Shown here one piece after another: positions 29,919 to 40,330 of a stretch of 64,000 nt of DNA. The position numbers were made by a program, and so were the translations under genes. Origin of the DNA: Gloeobacterales cyanobacterium (GTDB lineage: Bacteria > Cyanobacteriota > Cyanobacteriia > Gloeobacterales > PMM-0068); assembly GCA_038245785.1 (NCBI GenBank), contig JBBRSB010000003.1, positions 32,001 through 96,000 of the forward strand, given 5' to 3'. The notes under the pieces were generated by a model. The model was not told where the DNA came from and did no database searches. It saw only the letters and a program-made list of their open reading frames with translations. The stretch's first letter is position 1; the number at the start of each line of letters is the position of its first letter.

Positions 29919-30036
29919 ACCCCTCAGTCCCTTCGACTCCGCTCAGAGAGCTCCCTGTAAGCGTGTCCGGCAGGCGTGGTCCCCGAGCCGTGCCGAGGGG
30001 CAGCCGAGAAGCTCACGTGCGGAGTCGAAGGGAGCC
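29919..30036. repeat. Multiply nested palindromic repeat
   Basis: Same ends as the 11412 element (ACCCCTCAGTCCCT...GGGAGCC) with internal CTTCGACTCCGC...GCGGAGTCGAAG arms. Confidence 0.75.
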
Positions 30037-30262
30037 TATTCTGGGAGCAAAAGGATTGACCGGATTTAGCTACAGACAATGCTAAAGCAATAGATTACTG
30101 CATCATTTGTGAAACGGAGCCTAAACTTTCTAAATGGCAGGTGTCGTAGGTCTGAGGCTTTTCCGGGGCTTTTGCCATCCACTTCAAGAATCATGTTCAT
30201 ATACTGTCCTCGCATCCCCTTAAGTTGTAATCGTGTACCCATAGCTTTCTCTACCCAGAAAG

Positions 30263-30304
30263 GGCTCCCCTTTGAGGGGAGCTGTCCCGTAGGGACTGAG
30301 GGGT
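30263..30304. repeat. Uninterrupted copy of the 11412 miniature repeat
   Basis: GGCTCCCC-TTTGA-GGGGAGCTGTCCCGTAGGGACTGAGGGGT. Confidence 0.85.
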
Positions 30305-30559
30305 TGATCTTGACTCCTCAGTTCATCTGTGATTATGATGACTCCAAAGCATTTGACTCGCACTATGTTTCGGTCACAGCAGCTATCCCTACGCATGAAT
30401 CTTGACCTACAGCTAGGTCTAGGGCTGCTCCTGCGACTATCATAAGCATTTTTTCGTCGCTGCTATTCAAGATTTCCTAATTCGCATAGCTAACTGGTTC
30501 TCTCCTGTCAGAGCCATCTTTATGCGCATTAACCTTTAGTTTTATCCATGGAGAATTCT

Positions 30560-30703
30560 ATGAAACTGGCTCTTGCTCTATTGCCTTCGCTACGACTTTG
30601 TGTGGGCTGTCTGGGACTCAATCTGTGGCATCCTGACAGCTCTATTTTTGCCGCAATAACCCATCGGTATAAACACAAATTGAGGCACTATCCATCATGT
30701 TGA
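30560..30703 (+). CDS. Leu-rich upstream ORF / putative leuA leader peptide (47 aa)
   Basis: [54 protein letters not shown]; stop overlaps the leuA start (ATGTTGA). Confidence 0.55.
   Translation: MKLALALLPSLRLCVGCLGLNLWHPDSSIFAAITHRYKHKLRHYPSC
30604..30649 (+). terminator. Terminator-like hairpin in the leuA leader
   Basis: GGGCTGTC(T)GGGA...TCCTGACAGCTC followed by TATTTTT. Confidence 0.55.
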
Positions 30704-32415
30704 AGCATCCTGCAACTAAATACCGTCCATTCGCTCCCATTGACTTGCCTGATAGAACTTGGCCTTCTCAAACGATTACAAAATCACCCATCTGGTTAAG
30801 CAGCGATCTGCGCGATGGGAATCAAGCTTTAATTGAACCGATGAATAGTACGCGCAAGTTGCAACTCTTCAATCTGCTAGTAAAAATCGGATTTAAAGAG
30901 ATTGAAGTTGCTTTTCCCTCCGCTTCGCTCATGGATTTTGAATTTGTTCGTCATTTGATTGAACGGAACATCATTCCAGAAGATGTTGTAATTCAAGTCC
31001 TAACGCCTGCCCGTAAAGACCTGATCCGCCGCACCTTCCAATCTTTAAAAGGCGTAAATCGCGCCATTGTCCATCTCTACAATGCTACCTCTCCCGTATT
31101 TCGACGGACCGTATTTGGACTCGATAGGCGGGGAACCGTCCAGTTAGCGACCCATGCAGCGCACTTGTTGAATGAACTCGCTGCGGAACAACCTGAAACG
31201 GACTGGCAATTTGAATATTCGCCTGAAACCTTTACCGCTACAGAATTAGATTTTGCAAAAGAGATCTGTGATGCGGTGCTGGATATTTGGCAACCTACTG
31301 CAGAACGTAAGTCGATCATTAATTTGCCTGCGACCGTTGAGGTTGCCACGCCCAATGTCTTTGCCGATCAGGTGGAGTGGATGCATCGTAATCTCAAACA
31401 CCGAGAGCATGTGATTTTGAGCGTGCATCCGCACAATGACCGAGGATCTGGTGTGGCCGCTGCAGAGTTAGCCCAGATGGCAGGAGCGGACCGCGTTGAA
31501 GGCTGCTTATTTGGTAACGGTGAACGTACGGGCAATGTGGATTTAGTAACCTTAGCCTTGAATCTATACACGCAGGGCATCGATCCAAAATTAGATTTCT
31601 CGAACATTAATGACGTCGCAAGAACGGTTGAGCATTGCAATCAGCTTCCCATTCATCCACGTCATCCCTATGTTGGTGATTTAGTATTTACGGCCTTCTC
31701 CGGTTCTCATCAAGATGCTATTAAAAAAGGGTTTGCTGTCCAGGAATCTGAAACCGTCTGGGAGATTCCCTATTTGCCGATCGATCCGGCAGATCTTGGT
31801 CGCACCTATGAGTCTGTCATTCGTGTGAATAGTCAGTCTGGAAAAGGAGGAATGGCCTTTCTCTTAGAACGCGATTACAACTTGAATCTGCCTCGTCGTT
31901 TACAGATTGAATTCAGTAAAGTTGTACAACAGGCTATGGATAGAACGGGCAAGGAAATGATTGCTGAAGACCTGTGGCAACTATTTCATCAAGAATATGT
32001 ACAAATCCATTCACCGTTGAACTATGTCGCCCATCACTTATCCGAAGTAGGAGAAACACAAACACAAATGATCTCAGCAGAGATTCAAATCGGTCAAAAC
32101 CTGCAAACGGTCTATGGACATGGCAATGGTCCTATTGATGCGTTCTTGAATGCGCTGAGCCTCGGTGTCCATATTCATGCTTATGAAGAGCGCTCCCTTG
32201 ATCAAGGCAGTGATGCCGAAGCGATCGCTTATATCGAGCTTGCAGGAGATTGGATGCAAGGCTCCCTTTACGGCGTCGGCATTCATGTCAATACCGTTAC
32301 GGCTTCATTGTTAGCCATTCTCAGTGCCGTGAACCGAGCGATCAACGATGTTGATGGACCGATTCGAGATCGGTTGCTACAACGTTTCGAAAAAAACTCA
32401 GTATCTATCTTGTAA
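30697..32415 (+). CDS. leuA: 2-isopropylmalate synthase (yeast/Mycobacterium-like LeuA type)
   Basis: [33 protein letters not shown] and [10 protein letters not shown] motifs. Confidence 0.95.
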   Translation: MLKHPATKYRPFAPIDLPDRTWPSQTITKSPIWLSSDLRDGNQALIEPMNSTRKLQLFNLLVKIGFKEIEVAFPSASLMDFEFVRHLIERNIIPEDVVIQVLTPARKDLIRRTFQSLKGVNRAIVHLYNATSPVFRRTVFGLDRRGTVQLATHAAHLLNELAAEQPETDWQFEYSPETFTATELDFAKEICDAVLDIWQPTAERKSIINLPATVEVATPNVFADQVEWMHRNLKHREHVILSVHPHNDRGSGVAAAELAQMAGADRVEGCLFGNGERTGNVDLVTLALNLYTQGIDPKLDFSNINDVARTVEHCNQLPIHPRHPYVGDLVFTAFSGSHQDAIKKGFAVQESETVWEIPYLPIDPADLGRTYESVIRVNSQSGKGGMAFLLERDYNLNLPRRLQIEFSKVVQQAMDRTGKEMIAEDLWQLFHQEYVQIHSPLNYVAHHLSEVGETQTQMISAEIQIGQNLQTVYGHGNGPIDAFLNALSLGVHIHAYEERSLDQGSDAEAIAYIELAGDWMQGSLYGVGIHVNTVTASLLAILSAVNRAINDVDGPIRDRLLQRFEKNSVSIL

Positions 32416-32502
32416 TCGGCTTTGGCTTATGGATCAAAATCGAAGGCATGCGCTATTGCCTCCTCAGACGTACTATATGTAGGCATATAGGGTACAAACA
32501 AA

Positions 32503-33717
32503 ATGTGGCGCACCATCCCCCATGGGGTTACAGCAGCGAAAAGATTTTATGCAGGCGCTCTCGCTGCGGGCATTAAGCCCTCAGGCAAACCAGACCTCGC
32601 TCTAATCGGCTCTGAAGTGGACGCCGTGGCCGCAGGCACCTTTACTCGTAACGCCTTCAGAGCCGCCTGCGTCAATATCAACGAACAACGCGTGCGGGAA
32701 CAGGCCACGATGAGGGCTATTGTTGTCAATGCTGGAAATGCTAATGCCGCAACTGGAGAAGCAGGGATTCAAGCTGTCTATGAAACGGCAGAGATTTTTG
32801 CACGCTTGCTTGAAGTTAGCCCAGAAAAAATTCTTGTCGCTTCTACCGGTGTGATTGGCGTACCTTTGCCCATGCAAAAGATTCGCAAAAGTGCATCTCG
32901 ATTGGTCTCTGCAGTTTCTACAGAGGATGGTTCTGAAGAGGCTGCTCAAGCCATTTTGACTACTGATTTAATCGAGAAGACCATTGCTCTGGAAGGGGAG
33001 ATTGCCGGAAAAACCGTGCGTATCGGTGGCATCGCCAAAGGATCAGGCATGATCCATCCAAACATGGCTACCCTCTTAGGATTCATCACCTCCGATGTGG
33101 CTGTGGAAAAATCCCTTTGGCAGGAATTGCTCTCCAGAGCCGTAGAGATTTCTTTTAACCAAATCACGGTCGATGGAGATACCAGCACCAATGACATGAT
33201 TTTGGCACTAGCGAACGGGGCAGCGGGCAATCCTGTGATTACCGATACTCAGAGTCCAGAAGCCCATATCCTGGAGCAAATGCTCACCGTAGTCTGTATC
33301 GATCTCGCCAAGAAGGTGGCGCGGGATGGGGAAGGGGCCACCAAAATTGTGGAAGTGCAAGTAATGGGAGCCGAGGATGACCCAGCTGCTCGTCTTGTGG
33401 CTCGGACCGTAGCTGGATCTTCTCTCGTGAAATCTGCCTTTTTTGGCATGGATCCAAACTGGGGACGAATTGCTGCCGCTGCGGGGCGGGCAGGGGTGCC
33501 CTTTGAAGCTAAGGACTTAGCCGTTTGGTTGGGCGATTTTCACCTAATGGAATCCGGAGAACCTCTAGAATTTGACCGAGAAGCAGCTTCAGACTATCTG
33601 CGTAGAGAAGAGGTCTTGGTCAGAGTTGGTTTGGGCTCTGGAGCAGGTAAGGGAACAGCCTGGGGCTGTGATTTGAGCTATGACTATGTGCGCATCAACG
33701 CTGAATATACAACTTGA
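32503..33717 (+). CDS. argJ: Bifunctional ornithine acetyltransferase ArgJ
   Basis: KGSGMIHPNMAT, DGDTSTND, DGEGATK and INAEYTT motifs. Confidence 0.96.
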   Translation: MWRTIPHGVTAAKRFYAGALAAGIKPSGKPDLALIGSEVDAVAAGTFTRNAFRAACVNINEQRVREQATMRAIVVNAGNANAATGEAGIQAVYETAEIFARLLEVSPEKILVASTGVIGVPLPMQKIRKSASRLVSAVSTEDGSEEAAQAILTTDLIEKTIALEGEIAGKTVRIGGIAKGSGMIHPNMATLLGFITSDVAVEKSLWQELLSRAVEISFNQITVDGDTSTNDMILALANGAAGNPVITDTQSPEAHILEQMLTVVCIDLAKKVARDGEGATKIVEVQVMGAEDDPAARLVARTVAGSSLVKSAFFGMDPNWGRIAAAAGRAGVPFEAKDLAVWLGDFHLMESGEPLEFDREAASDYLRREEVLVRVGLGSGAGKGTAWGCDLSYDYVRINAEYTT

Positions 33718-33725
33718 TAAGTTTG

Positions 33726-33828
33726 TAAGTAGCTAGGTGGAATTAAGAAGACCCCCTATAGTCCCCCTTGCTTTAGGCAAAGCCTTTCCGGAGGGTAGGG
33801 GTAGGGGGACGGCGATAGCCGGGGGTTA
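33726..33828. repeat. ~100-nt MITE-like composite repeat with nested 21-nt insert
   Basis: Near-copy of the reverse complement of 39053-39148; starts TAAGTAGCTAGGTGGAATTAA; insert at 33776-33796. Confidence 0.85.
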
Positions 33829-33984
33829 GTCCGCTAACCAAACCTTAAACTCAGCCCTTTAGGATTCTCGTCGAGCGGTAGTTTTTTGAGTGAAATACTG
33901 CTGTTTTCACTTGAACGTAATATTTTTTGCGTTTCAACTGACGCCTTCAAAACCTCGTTTCACTGCCGATATGGAGTTTGCTCA

Positions 33985-36264
33985 ATGAAAAAATTTGTGC
34001 GGTTGCATAGAGGCATTGCCTTAGCAACCACCCTTGGTTTGGGTTGCCTCCTGATGGGATTACCAGCCTTTGCGGGTGCAGATGATGATACACAGAAGGC
34101 CAATATTGCGCCTGTCCTGGGTGCACCTCCTTTTTCGGATAACCCGACCAATGCCAGCCCGACCGTAGGTTTGCGGATTTTTCCTCCTACCGATACGCAA
34201 CTGATTGAAAAACAGCGTTTCGATTTGCGGATTGAAACCCAAGTTCCTGGAGCCACAACGCCTGTTCTCAAAAGCGTCAAAATCAATGGTGCTGAAATAA
34301 CGGATGCTTTTACCAAGAAGATTGAACAACAGGGAACTGGACTTGAAAGTGGAACTCCTGCTCTAGCCACTCTTTATGGAGCCACCGCCCGTAACCGTAG
34401 TTTCTCGAGTGGCAAGTACACTGTTGAAGCTGTTGTGACCGTGGATGGGATAGACTACACGGTTAAAAATGAATATGATGTTGCCGAGTTTGCGCTCTCG
34501 CCAAAAGTAAAACATGTAGTTTTCTTCCTCGGAGATGCGATGGGTCTCCCGATTCGGACGGCGGCCCGTATCTATGGCAAGGGCATCTTTGAGGGTCGCG
34601 CTAAGGGCAGACTGAATATGGACAAGATGGGCACCTATGGCCTCGTCTCTACCTCATCCTTCGATAGTACGATTACAGACTCAGCTCCTGGTATGGCGAG
34701 CTATGTCACAGGCATGAAGCAACCGAACAATGCCCTAAATGTTTCACCAGACAATACGCCGGAGAGTGGCCTCGACAATCCGCGCATTGAGACCCTTTGG
34801 GAATACATGAAGCGGCGTCACGGTTGGGCCACGGGCGTTGTCAGTGATGCTTTTGTGACGGATGCAACTCCTGCCGCTACAGCAGCGCACTCAAGAGCCC
34901 GCAGCAATCGTACGGCCATTGCTCAGCAATTTTTAGACTTCTACCAAGATGGCGCAGCCCAGCCTGCCGCTGGCTATAAAGCTTTGAAGAATCTCACCCA
35001 ACCGCTGGATGTGATTCTAGGGGGAGCAGCGCGCGATTGGCTTCCTGTAGGCAACCCAACCTTGCTCAATTTCTATCAGGCCACCAGCACTCAAGGTCGC
35101 ACAGATTCCCTAAACCTATTCGATACGGCTCTTGCCCAGGGCTACTCTGTGGTCAAGGATAAGGACGAACTGGCTAGTGCCCCAGCCAACAAGCCACTCT
35201 TGGGGATTTTTGCTGGGGATTTCCGGCCTGGTAATGCGCTTGGGGGCGATAATATTCCCGGAGTGCTGGATCGTTTAGTTGCTCGGGGAGACGCAAAAAT
35301 CGGCGGCAAGGATGCTGCTGCAGTGGGCATGAATGCCAGCCCACCCGTGGGTACAGCGTGTGGCAGTACTATCCAGCAGTGTTTCCAAAACATTCCTTCT
35401 AAACAGGAAATGGTGCAAAAGGCTATTCAAGTTCTTAATGCTAAGAATCCAGAAGGTTGGATTTTGCTGGTTGAGCAGTCCCAAATCGATAAGTTGGCTC
35501 ATCCCTTGGAATATGAACGGGTCGTCTACGAAGCCCTTGAGCTTGATGGGGCCTTGGGACTAGTACTGAACGGGCAAGCCAAAGATGGCAGAACGCTGAC
35601 GGTAGTAACGGCAGACCATGCTCAACCAGAGAGCATTATTGGCGTCACGATACCGAGTGCTATCAATGGCGGCCCTGGTGCTCCTATCTCGCCAGGAGGT
35701 TGCTTCAATAACTCCCTCTCTGCGGATGCCACTACAGGTTCTCTAAATCTCTCAATTGCTGGAGCAGGGGCTGCAACCAGTCCTTGTGCCCTCCAGGATG
35801 CTATTGGCACGTTTAATGACAGCACCTTCCCGACCTATATTGATGCCAATAATGATGGCTTTCCCGACGACCCAGATGCAACGGTCAAGCTTGTCCTCGA
35901 CGATGGCGGTAGACCAACCTATAGCCAGGATTTCCTGACCAATGCCATCCCCTTGAATCCCTCGGGTAGAACGGCAGCGATTCCAAATCCGCTCCGAGAT
36001 CCCCAAGGCCTTCTGATGACGGGGAACATGCCGACCCGCAACGTTCCTCCCATCAGTAAGGATGAAGGCAATGTTGGGGTTGCTCCTCACTCTGCTGATG
36101 ATGTGGTGCTGAGTGCTTCTGGTCCAGGCAGTAATTTGTTCGGAGGGACGTTCGAGAACTCAGATACGTTAGAGCGTTTGGCCGCCGCCCTTTCTGGTGG
36201 AGGACGCAGAGAGAACGAAAGGTATAGAGGCGTAATGAACATCAAAGAATTCGTGGAGCCGTAA
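33985..36264 (+). CDS. Secreted alkaline phosphatase (PhoA family) with N-terminal extension
   Basis: Signal peptide; FLGDAMG, TDSAPG (catalytic Ser), DATPAA, EQSQIDKLAH and TADH motifs; DANNDGFPD Ca-binding-like loop. Confidence 0.88.
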   Translation: MKKFVRLHRGIALATTLGLGCLLMGLPAFAGADDDTQKANIAPVLGAPPFSDNPTNASPTVGLRIFPPTDTQLIEKQRFDLRIETQVPGATTPVLKSVKINGAEITDAFTKKIEQQGTGLESGTPALATLYGATARNRSFSSGKYTVEAVVTVDGIDYTVKNEYDVAEFALSPKVKHVVFFLGDAMGLPIRTAARIYGKGIFEGRAKGRLNMDKMGTYGLVSTSSFDSTITDSAPGMASYVTGMKQPNNALNVSPDNTPESGLDNPRIETLWEYMKRRHGWATGVVSDAFVTDATPAATAAHSRARSNRTAIAQQFLDFYQDGAAQPAAGYKALKNLTQPLDVILGGAARDWLPVGNPTLLNFYQATSTQGRTDSLNLFDTALAQGYSVVKDKDELASAPANKPLLGIFAGDFRPGNALGGDNIPGVLDRLVARGDAKIGGKDAAAVGMNASPPVGTACGSTIQQCFQNIPSKQEMVQKAIQVLNAKNPEGWILLVEQSQIDKLAHPLEYERVVYEALELDGALGLVLNGQAKDGRTLTVVTADHAQPESIIGVTIPSAINGGPGAPISPGGCFNNSLSADATTGSLNLSIAGAGAATSPCALQDAIGTFNDSTFPTYIDANNDGFPDDPDATVKLVLDDGGRPTYSQDFLTNAIPLNPSGRTAAIPNPLRDPQGLLMTGNMPTRNVPPISKDEGNVGVAPHSADDVVLSASGPGSNLFGGTFENSDTLERLAAALSGGGRRENERYRGVMNIKEFVEP

Positions 36265-36285
36265 AAGCAGCCAGTGTGTGTATTA

Positions 36286-36313
36286 CAGGCCAGGGGAATA
36301 TTCTCCTGGCCTG
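36286..36313 (+). other. Intercistronic stem-loop after the phosphatase gene
   Basis: CAGGCCAGGGGAA-TA-TTCTCCTGGCCTG. Confidence 0.6.
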
Positions 36314-36338
36314 CTCTTATTAAGTTCAGGAGAATGTC

Positions 36339-36689
36339 ATGAAATATTCAGTAGGCCTCATTAGCCTCGGACTTTTGGGATTCCTCCAGAACCCAGCCTC
36401 CGCAGGAACCATCTACGGCCGCGTCTTCGATACGCTGCGCAACGCCGGAAAAGGCGAAGTTCTGGCCCAGGCAAAAGTTACCTTGCGCAGCAATCCACCT
36501 CAGACCGTGACCACAGACACCTATGGCCAATACCAATTTGAAGGGGTACCAGAGGGTGCCTATCTCATTCGCATTCAAGCGCCAAAGCGTGAAGAGGTAA
36601 TTACCCGTTTGATTGTCCGCCAAGGCGTCACGATTGCGAACCTGGATTTCAGCAAAATCCTGGCACCAGATGAAGATGACGAATACTAG
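36339..36689 (+). CDS. Secreted carboxypeptidase-regulatory-like (prealbumin-fold) protein
   Basis: Signal peptide; GTIYGRV.D, TTD.YGQY.F..VP.G.Y pattern; AGGAG RBS. Confidence 0.8.
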   Translation: MKYSVGLISLGLLGFLQNPASAGTIYGRVFDTLRNAGKGEVLAQAKVTLRSNPPQTVTTDTYGQYQFEGVPEGAYLIRIQAPKREEVITRLIVRQGVTIANLDFSKILAPDEDDEY

Positions 36690-36747
36690 GCAGTTAGAAT
36701 AGCCTATGTACCTGCCCTGGCGGGCTATGGTAGTATCGTTGCTGCCT

Positions 36748-36821
36748 GCGGGTATAGTTTAGTGGCAAAACGGAAGCTTCCCAAGCTTCAGTTGCGAGTT
36801 CGATTCTCGCTACCCGCTCCA
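36748..36821 (+). tRNA. trnG: tRNA-Gly(CCC), CCA encoded
   Basis: GCGGGTA/TACCCGC acceptor stem, GAAGC-TTCCCAA-GCTTC anticodon arm, GTTCGATTC T-loop. Confidence 0.96.
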
Positions 36822-36875
36822 GCTTTTCAAGGTCAGTTGTACAGTGACTAATTATGTACAGTGACGAGTTATTTG

Positions 36876-37808
36876 TCATCGGTGGGGAAGAACTGGCGAA
36901 GCCCATTTCCCTAAGTAGCGCAGGAGTTGTAAAGAATTAGCCCATAAACGATATAAACGTGGATGATGATAAGGCCATAAAGCTTCTCGAAGGGCTTGTT
37001 TGACTTCGTTACTCTGATTATCCGTAGCAATATATTCAGCCAACCAGTTCAAAAAAACTAAATGCGTAGGATTTGGCTGAAAAGGATGCCATTGTCCTGT
37101 GTCCTGTGCGCCAGAACAACAACTATCCACATGTTGACGATAGTAGTCTGTACATTCGCTATCAGCAAACACGGGAAATTGGAGTAAGACCTTGGATAAA
37201 AAGGCTAGATCCTCATACATACCCCTGAAAGATTCTTCGAATCCACCAATCTTTTCGACCAAGGCTCGCCGGATCAAGAACGAACTGGTAGCTGGTGACT
37301 CGGCTTTTCTTTTGAGACAGAGGGAAAGCAGCTTAGGAGGATAAACCAAGGTATTCGGGGATACTCCTAGGTCTCGATTACGCTCATATGACTTATCCTC
37401 AGCGTGTCCTGACCAGCCATACCACATTAAGGCAGGACCATAGACCATTCCAACTTCAGGGCGAGTTTCTAAAATTGCGACCTGACGTTCTAGCTTTTGG
37501 GATAACCAAATATCATCAGCATCCAAAAAAGCAAGGTAATCTCCCTGAGCATGGTGAATTCCCAAATTGCGCGCAGCACTCATTCCACGATTTTGATGAC
37601 CGGGGTGCTCTAGATAGTGCACTTTATCAGGATGCTGTTGGGCATAGTGCAGGGCAATCTGTGTGCTGCTATCTGTAGAACCATCATCTACCAAAAACAA
37701 TTCCCAGTGCTCATATACTTGGCTGAAAACGCTCTCTACGGCTTCCCGAATATACTGCTCGCCATTCAAGAAAATAATTACACAAGAAACTAGTGGCTTA
37801 GCAAGCAT
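36876..37808 (-). CDS. Glycosyltransferase family 2
   Basis: VDDGSTD, ARNLG and FLDADD motifs. Confidence 0.92.
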   Translation of the reverse strand: MLAKPLVSCVIIFLNGEQYIREAVESVFSQVYEHWELFLVDDGSTDSSTQIALHYAQQHPDKVHYLEHPGHQNRGMSAARNLGIHHAQGDYLAFLDADDIWLSQKLERQVAILETRPEVGMVYGPALMWYGWSGHAEDKSYERNRDLGVSPNTLVYPPKLLSLCLKRKAESPATSSFLIRRALVEKIGGFEESFRGMYEDLAFLSKVLLQFPVFADSECTDYYRQHVDSCCSGAQDTGQWHPFQPNPTHLVFLNWLAEYIATDNQSNEVKQALREALWPYHHPRLYRLWANSLQLLRYLGKWASPVLPHR

Positions 37809-37919
37809 TGAGTATCCCTTCTAGACATAAAAAGCCTTGAGCTTTACAAAAAACATAATCTCAACAAAAGCGCCCAATGGATGTACAACATAAGGACTGA
37901 GGCTATATTCGATTCAAAA

Positions 37920-39011
37920 TTATAGAGAACTTTTGAGTTGCTTTACTCGTACGCTATACAAGTCGTTAGACAACTTATAGCTTTGCTCGGCAGCTTGCTT
38001 GATGATTTCCAAATCAATTTTAGATTTTCTAAATCTTTTTCTCCATTGCATCCAAGATTGATGAGTTAAAAATAAGGAAGCAATGGGTTGCACAAGAAGA
38101 TAGATGGATTGCCGGAATATCAGCTTACGAACTTCTGGGCGTGATAGAAGAGAAGAATCTACGTTACAGGCTTTTATCATCCAAAGAAGGGAATCTCTAT
38201 GCGCTCCTACTTGTTGACATTTTCCAGCAAAATAGTAATACATCTCTGCCAAAGACCAGCGATATAGCTCAGCGGATACTTCAGGATAAAGCTTTTTCGC
38301 GATATCCATAACCAGATGATAGGAGCGTTCCATTTGCTGCCAATCATTAGACATACTCTCGGTAACTTGACGATAGGCAATTAAAATTTCCGGTACCGTT
38401 CGAAATTCATAATGTTGTGCAATTCTTAGGCCCAACTCCCAGTCTTCAAGGCCCTGAGCATTTCTTTGCTTGAGTTCTTGATTGTAAAAGCCAACCTTTT
38501 CTAGAGCGGCACGGCGGATAAGCGGTATGCTGGCAGGAATTGGGTTGTGATAGATCAGCAACTCCTGAACACACCCGTCAGCACGATTAGCTACCCAACC
38601 ATTCATCAATTCGCCATCTTCATCGATAAAGACAAACCAGGAAGAGACAATGCCTACCTGACTACCGCCTTCAAGCATACATGCTACTTGCTTCTCTAGC
38701 TTCAATGGATACCAAATGTCATCTGCATCAATCGGCGCGATGTACACTCCTTTAGCATGGTGAATAGCAAGATTTCTAGCCGCTGCTACTCCTTGATTTT
38801 CCTGACGCAAGAGTATAATTCTTTTGTCTTCCAGAGCTCTCTGCCGAACAATATCTACCGTCCGGTCTTTAGAACCATCATCGACAACAATTATTTCAAA
38901 ATCTTGATAGGTTTGAGCTAAAACAGAATCAATAGTTTCATCAATAAAATTTTCTGCATTGTATGCAGGAATAATAACTGAAATGAGAGGATTCTGTTCC
39001 TGCATTTTCAC
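37920..39011 (-). CDS. Glycosyltransferase family 2
   Basis: VIIPAYN, VDDGS, IDADD and EDW motifs. Confidence 0.92.
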   Translation of the reverse strand: MKMQEQNPLISVIIPAYNAENFIDETIDSVLAQTYQDFEIIVVDDGSKDRTVDIVRQRALEDKRIILLRQENQGVAAARNLAIHHAKGVYIAPIDADDIWYPLKLEKQVACMLEGGSQVGIVSSWFVFIDEDGELMNGWVANRADGCVQELLIYHNPIPASIPLIRRAALEKVGFYNQELKQRNAQGLEDWELGLRIAQHYEFRTVPEILIAYRQVTESMSNDWQQMERSYHLVMDIAKKLYPEVSAELYRWSLAEMYYYFAGKCQQVGAHRDSLLWMIKACNVDSSLLSRPEVRKLIFRQSIYLLVQPIASLFLTHQSWMQWRKRFRKSKIDLEIIKQAAEQSYKLSNDLYSVRVKQLKSSL

Positions 39012-39052
39012 GGTGCCTTCTAAAAACAGTCGGAGATATTACGTGGGTGGGC

Positions 39053-39148
39053 TTAACCCCGGCTATCGCCGTCCCCCACCCTCCGGGAAGGCTACGCCTA
39101 GTGCCAAGGGGAACTACAGAGGGTCTTTTAATTCCACCTAGCTACTTA
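39053..39148. repeat. MITE-like composite repeat; its TAA is the stop codon of the 39146-40330 gene
   Basis: Inverted copy of 33726-33828; 21-nt insert at 39078-39098. Confidence 0.85.
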
Positions 39149-40330
39149 CGGGGTAACTTTATCAGAATATGTAAACAGCAAATCTTGGTATAAATGAGCT
39201 GTTCTACGAACCATAGAGCTAAGATGAAACTTTTCTTGCCAACGTTTACAGCCTGCCCGACCCATTTTTTTGTGGAGATCCTGGTCTGATAATAACTGGA
39301 GAATAGAGGCTACATAGCCATCAATATCAGGAGGAAAAACAATAAATCCTGTTTCTCCTTCCTTGACCAAATCACTAGAACCCGTCACATTGCTCAACAC
39401 ACAGGGAAGACCCGCACGCATCGCTTCCATCGGAGTATAGCTTAAGGCTTCGTAGTCTGAACTCAGCAAAAAAACATCCAACTCTAGAAGTGCTGTTTCA
39501 ACATTATCTAGCCAGCCTGTAATCTGCACCTTTTCAGTCAAATGTTTGGACTGGATCATCTGCTCAATCTCTGGGCGCATCTCACCATCTCCTATCCACC
39601 GGAATTCAACATTATGAAACTTCTCTAAAGTTCGTTCTGCAATTTCAATAAATCGTTTAGGCGCTTTTTGTTGACTAAGGCGACCGACCGTACCTACTAC
39701 GAATTTTCTAGTCGGGTCACTAAGATTGATTGCGGCTGAAGAACGAGTGAAAACTGTACTTGGAATACCACTATTAATCATATATATTTTTTGTTTGGGG
39801 CCAATTTTATGACTGATTAATTCTTCTTTTTCTGTGCTACTGACTGCAATAATGGCATCGCTTAACATCCATCCAGCTAATACTTCTAAAACGTGATATT
39901 TAGAAGATAATCTAAAGGGACTTGCATTGGGAGTATAAATCGACTTGCTTCGACCAGAGATTTTTGCTGCTAGTCTGCCAATATAGCCAGCCTTCGCACT
40001 ATGTGTATGAACAATATCAATTTCATGTCGCTTGATGTAGTCAACCACTTTTATCACGGCTCTTGCGTCCACGGATGGATTGATAGACCGTGTCATATCA
40101 CACTCAAAACAGCTCACTCCAAGAGATTCGAGTATTTTCTGATTTTCCTTGAAGTTCCCATCTGCTCGGCGAAGGGAATAGCCAAGGTGAAGTTCTACTT
40201 TATCTGGATAGTCTTGATTGAGACCATTGAGTAAATCGATAACATGGCGGCGTACTCCGGCTAAAGTTGATTCTACTAAATGCAAGACTCTTATGGGTCT
40301 ACATTGGCCATGGGAATCTGGGAGGTCCAT
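39146..40330 (-). CDS. Glycosyltransferase family 4
   Basis: HTHSAKAG, VGRLSQQK and EALSYTPMEAM (E-x7-E) motifs. Confidence 0.92.
   Translation of the reverse strand: MDLPDSHGQCRPIRVLHLVESTLAGVRRHVIDLLNGLNQDYPDKVELHLGYSLRRADGNFKENQKILESLGVSCFECDMTRSINPSVDARAVIKVVDYIKRHEIDIVHTHSAKAGYIGRLAAKISGRSKSIYTPNASPFRLSSKYHVLEVLAGWMLSDAIIAVSSTEKEELISHKIGPKQKIYMINSGIPSTVFTRSSAAINLSDPTRKFVVGTVGRLSQQKAPKRFIEIAERTLEKFHNVEFRWIGDGEMRPEIEQMIQSKHLTEKVQITGWLDNVETALLELDVFLLSSDYEALSYTPMEAMRAGLPCVLSNVTGSSDLVKEGETGFIVFPPDIDGYVASILQLLSDQDLHKKMGRAGCKRWQEKFHLSSMVRRTAHLYQDLLFTYSDKVTP

Noticed and set aside
29900..30405. ORFs 29900-30085 and 30109-30405
   Set aside because: Overlap palindromic repeats; no recognisable motif
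36694..36906. 70-aa minus-strand ORF
   Set aside because: Antisense to tRNA-Gly; no coding features
11412..39148. Palindromic repeats as a possible CRISPR array
   Set aside because: Dispersed, with no repeat-spacer periodicity and no cas genes
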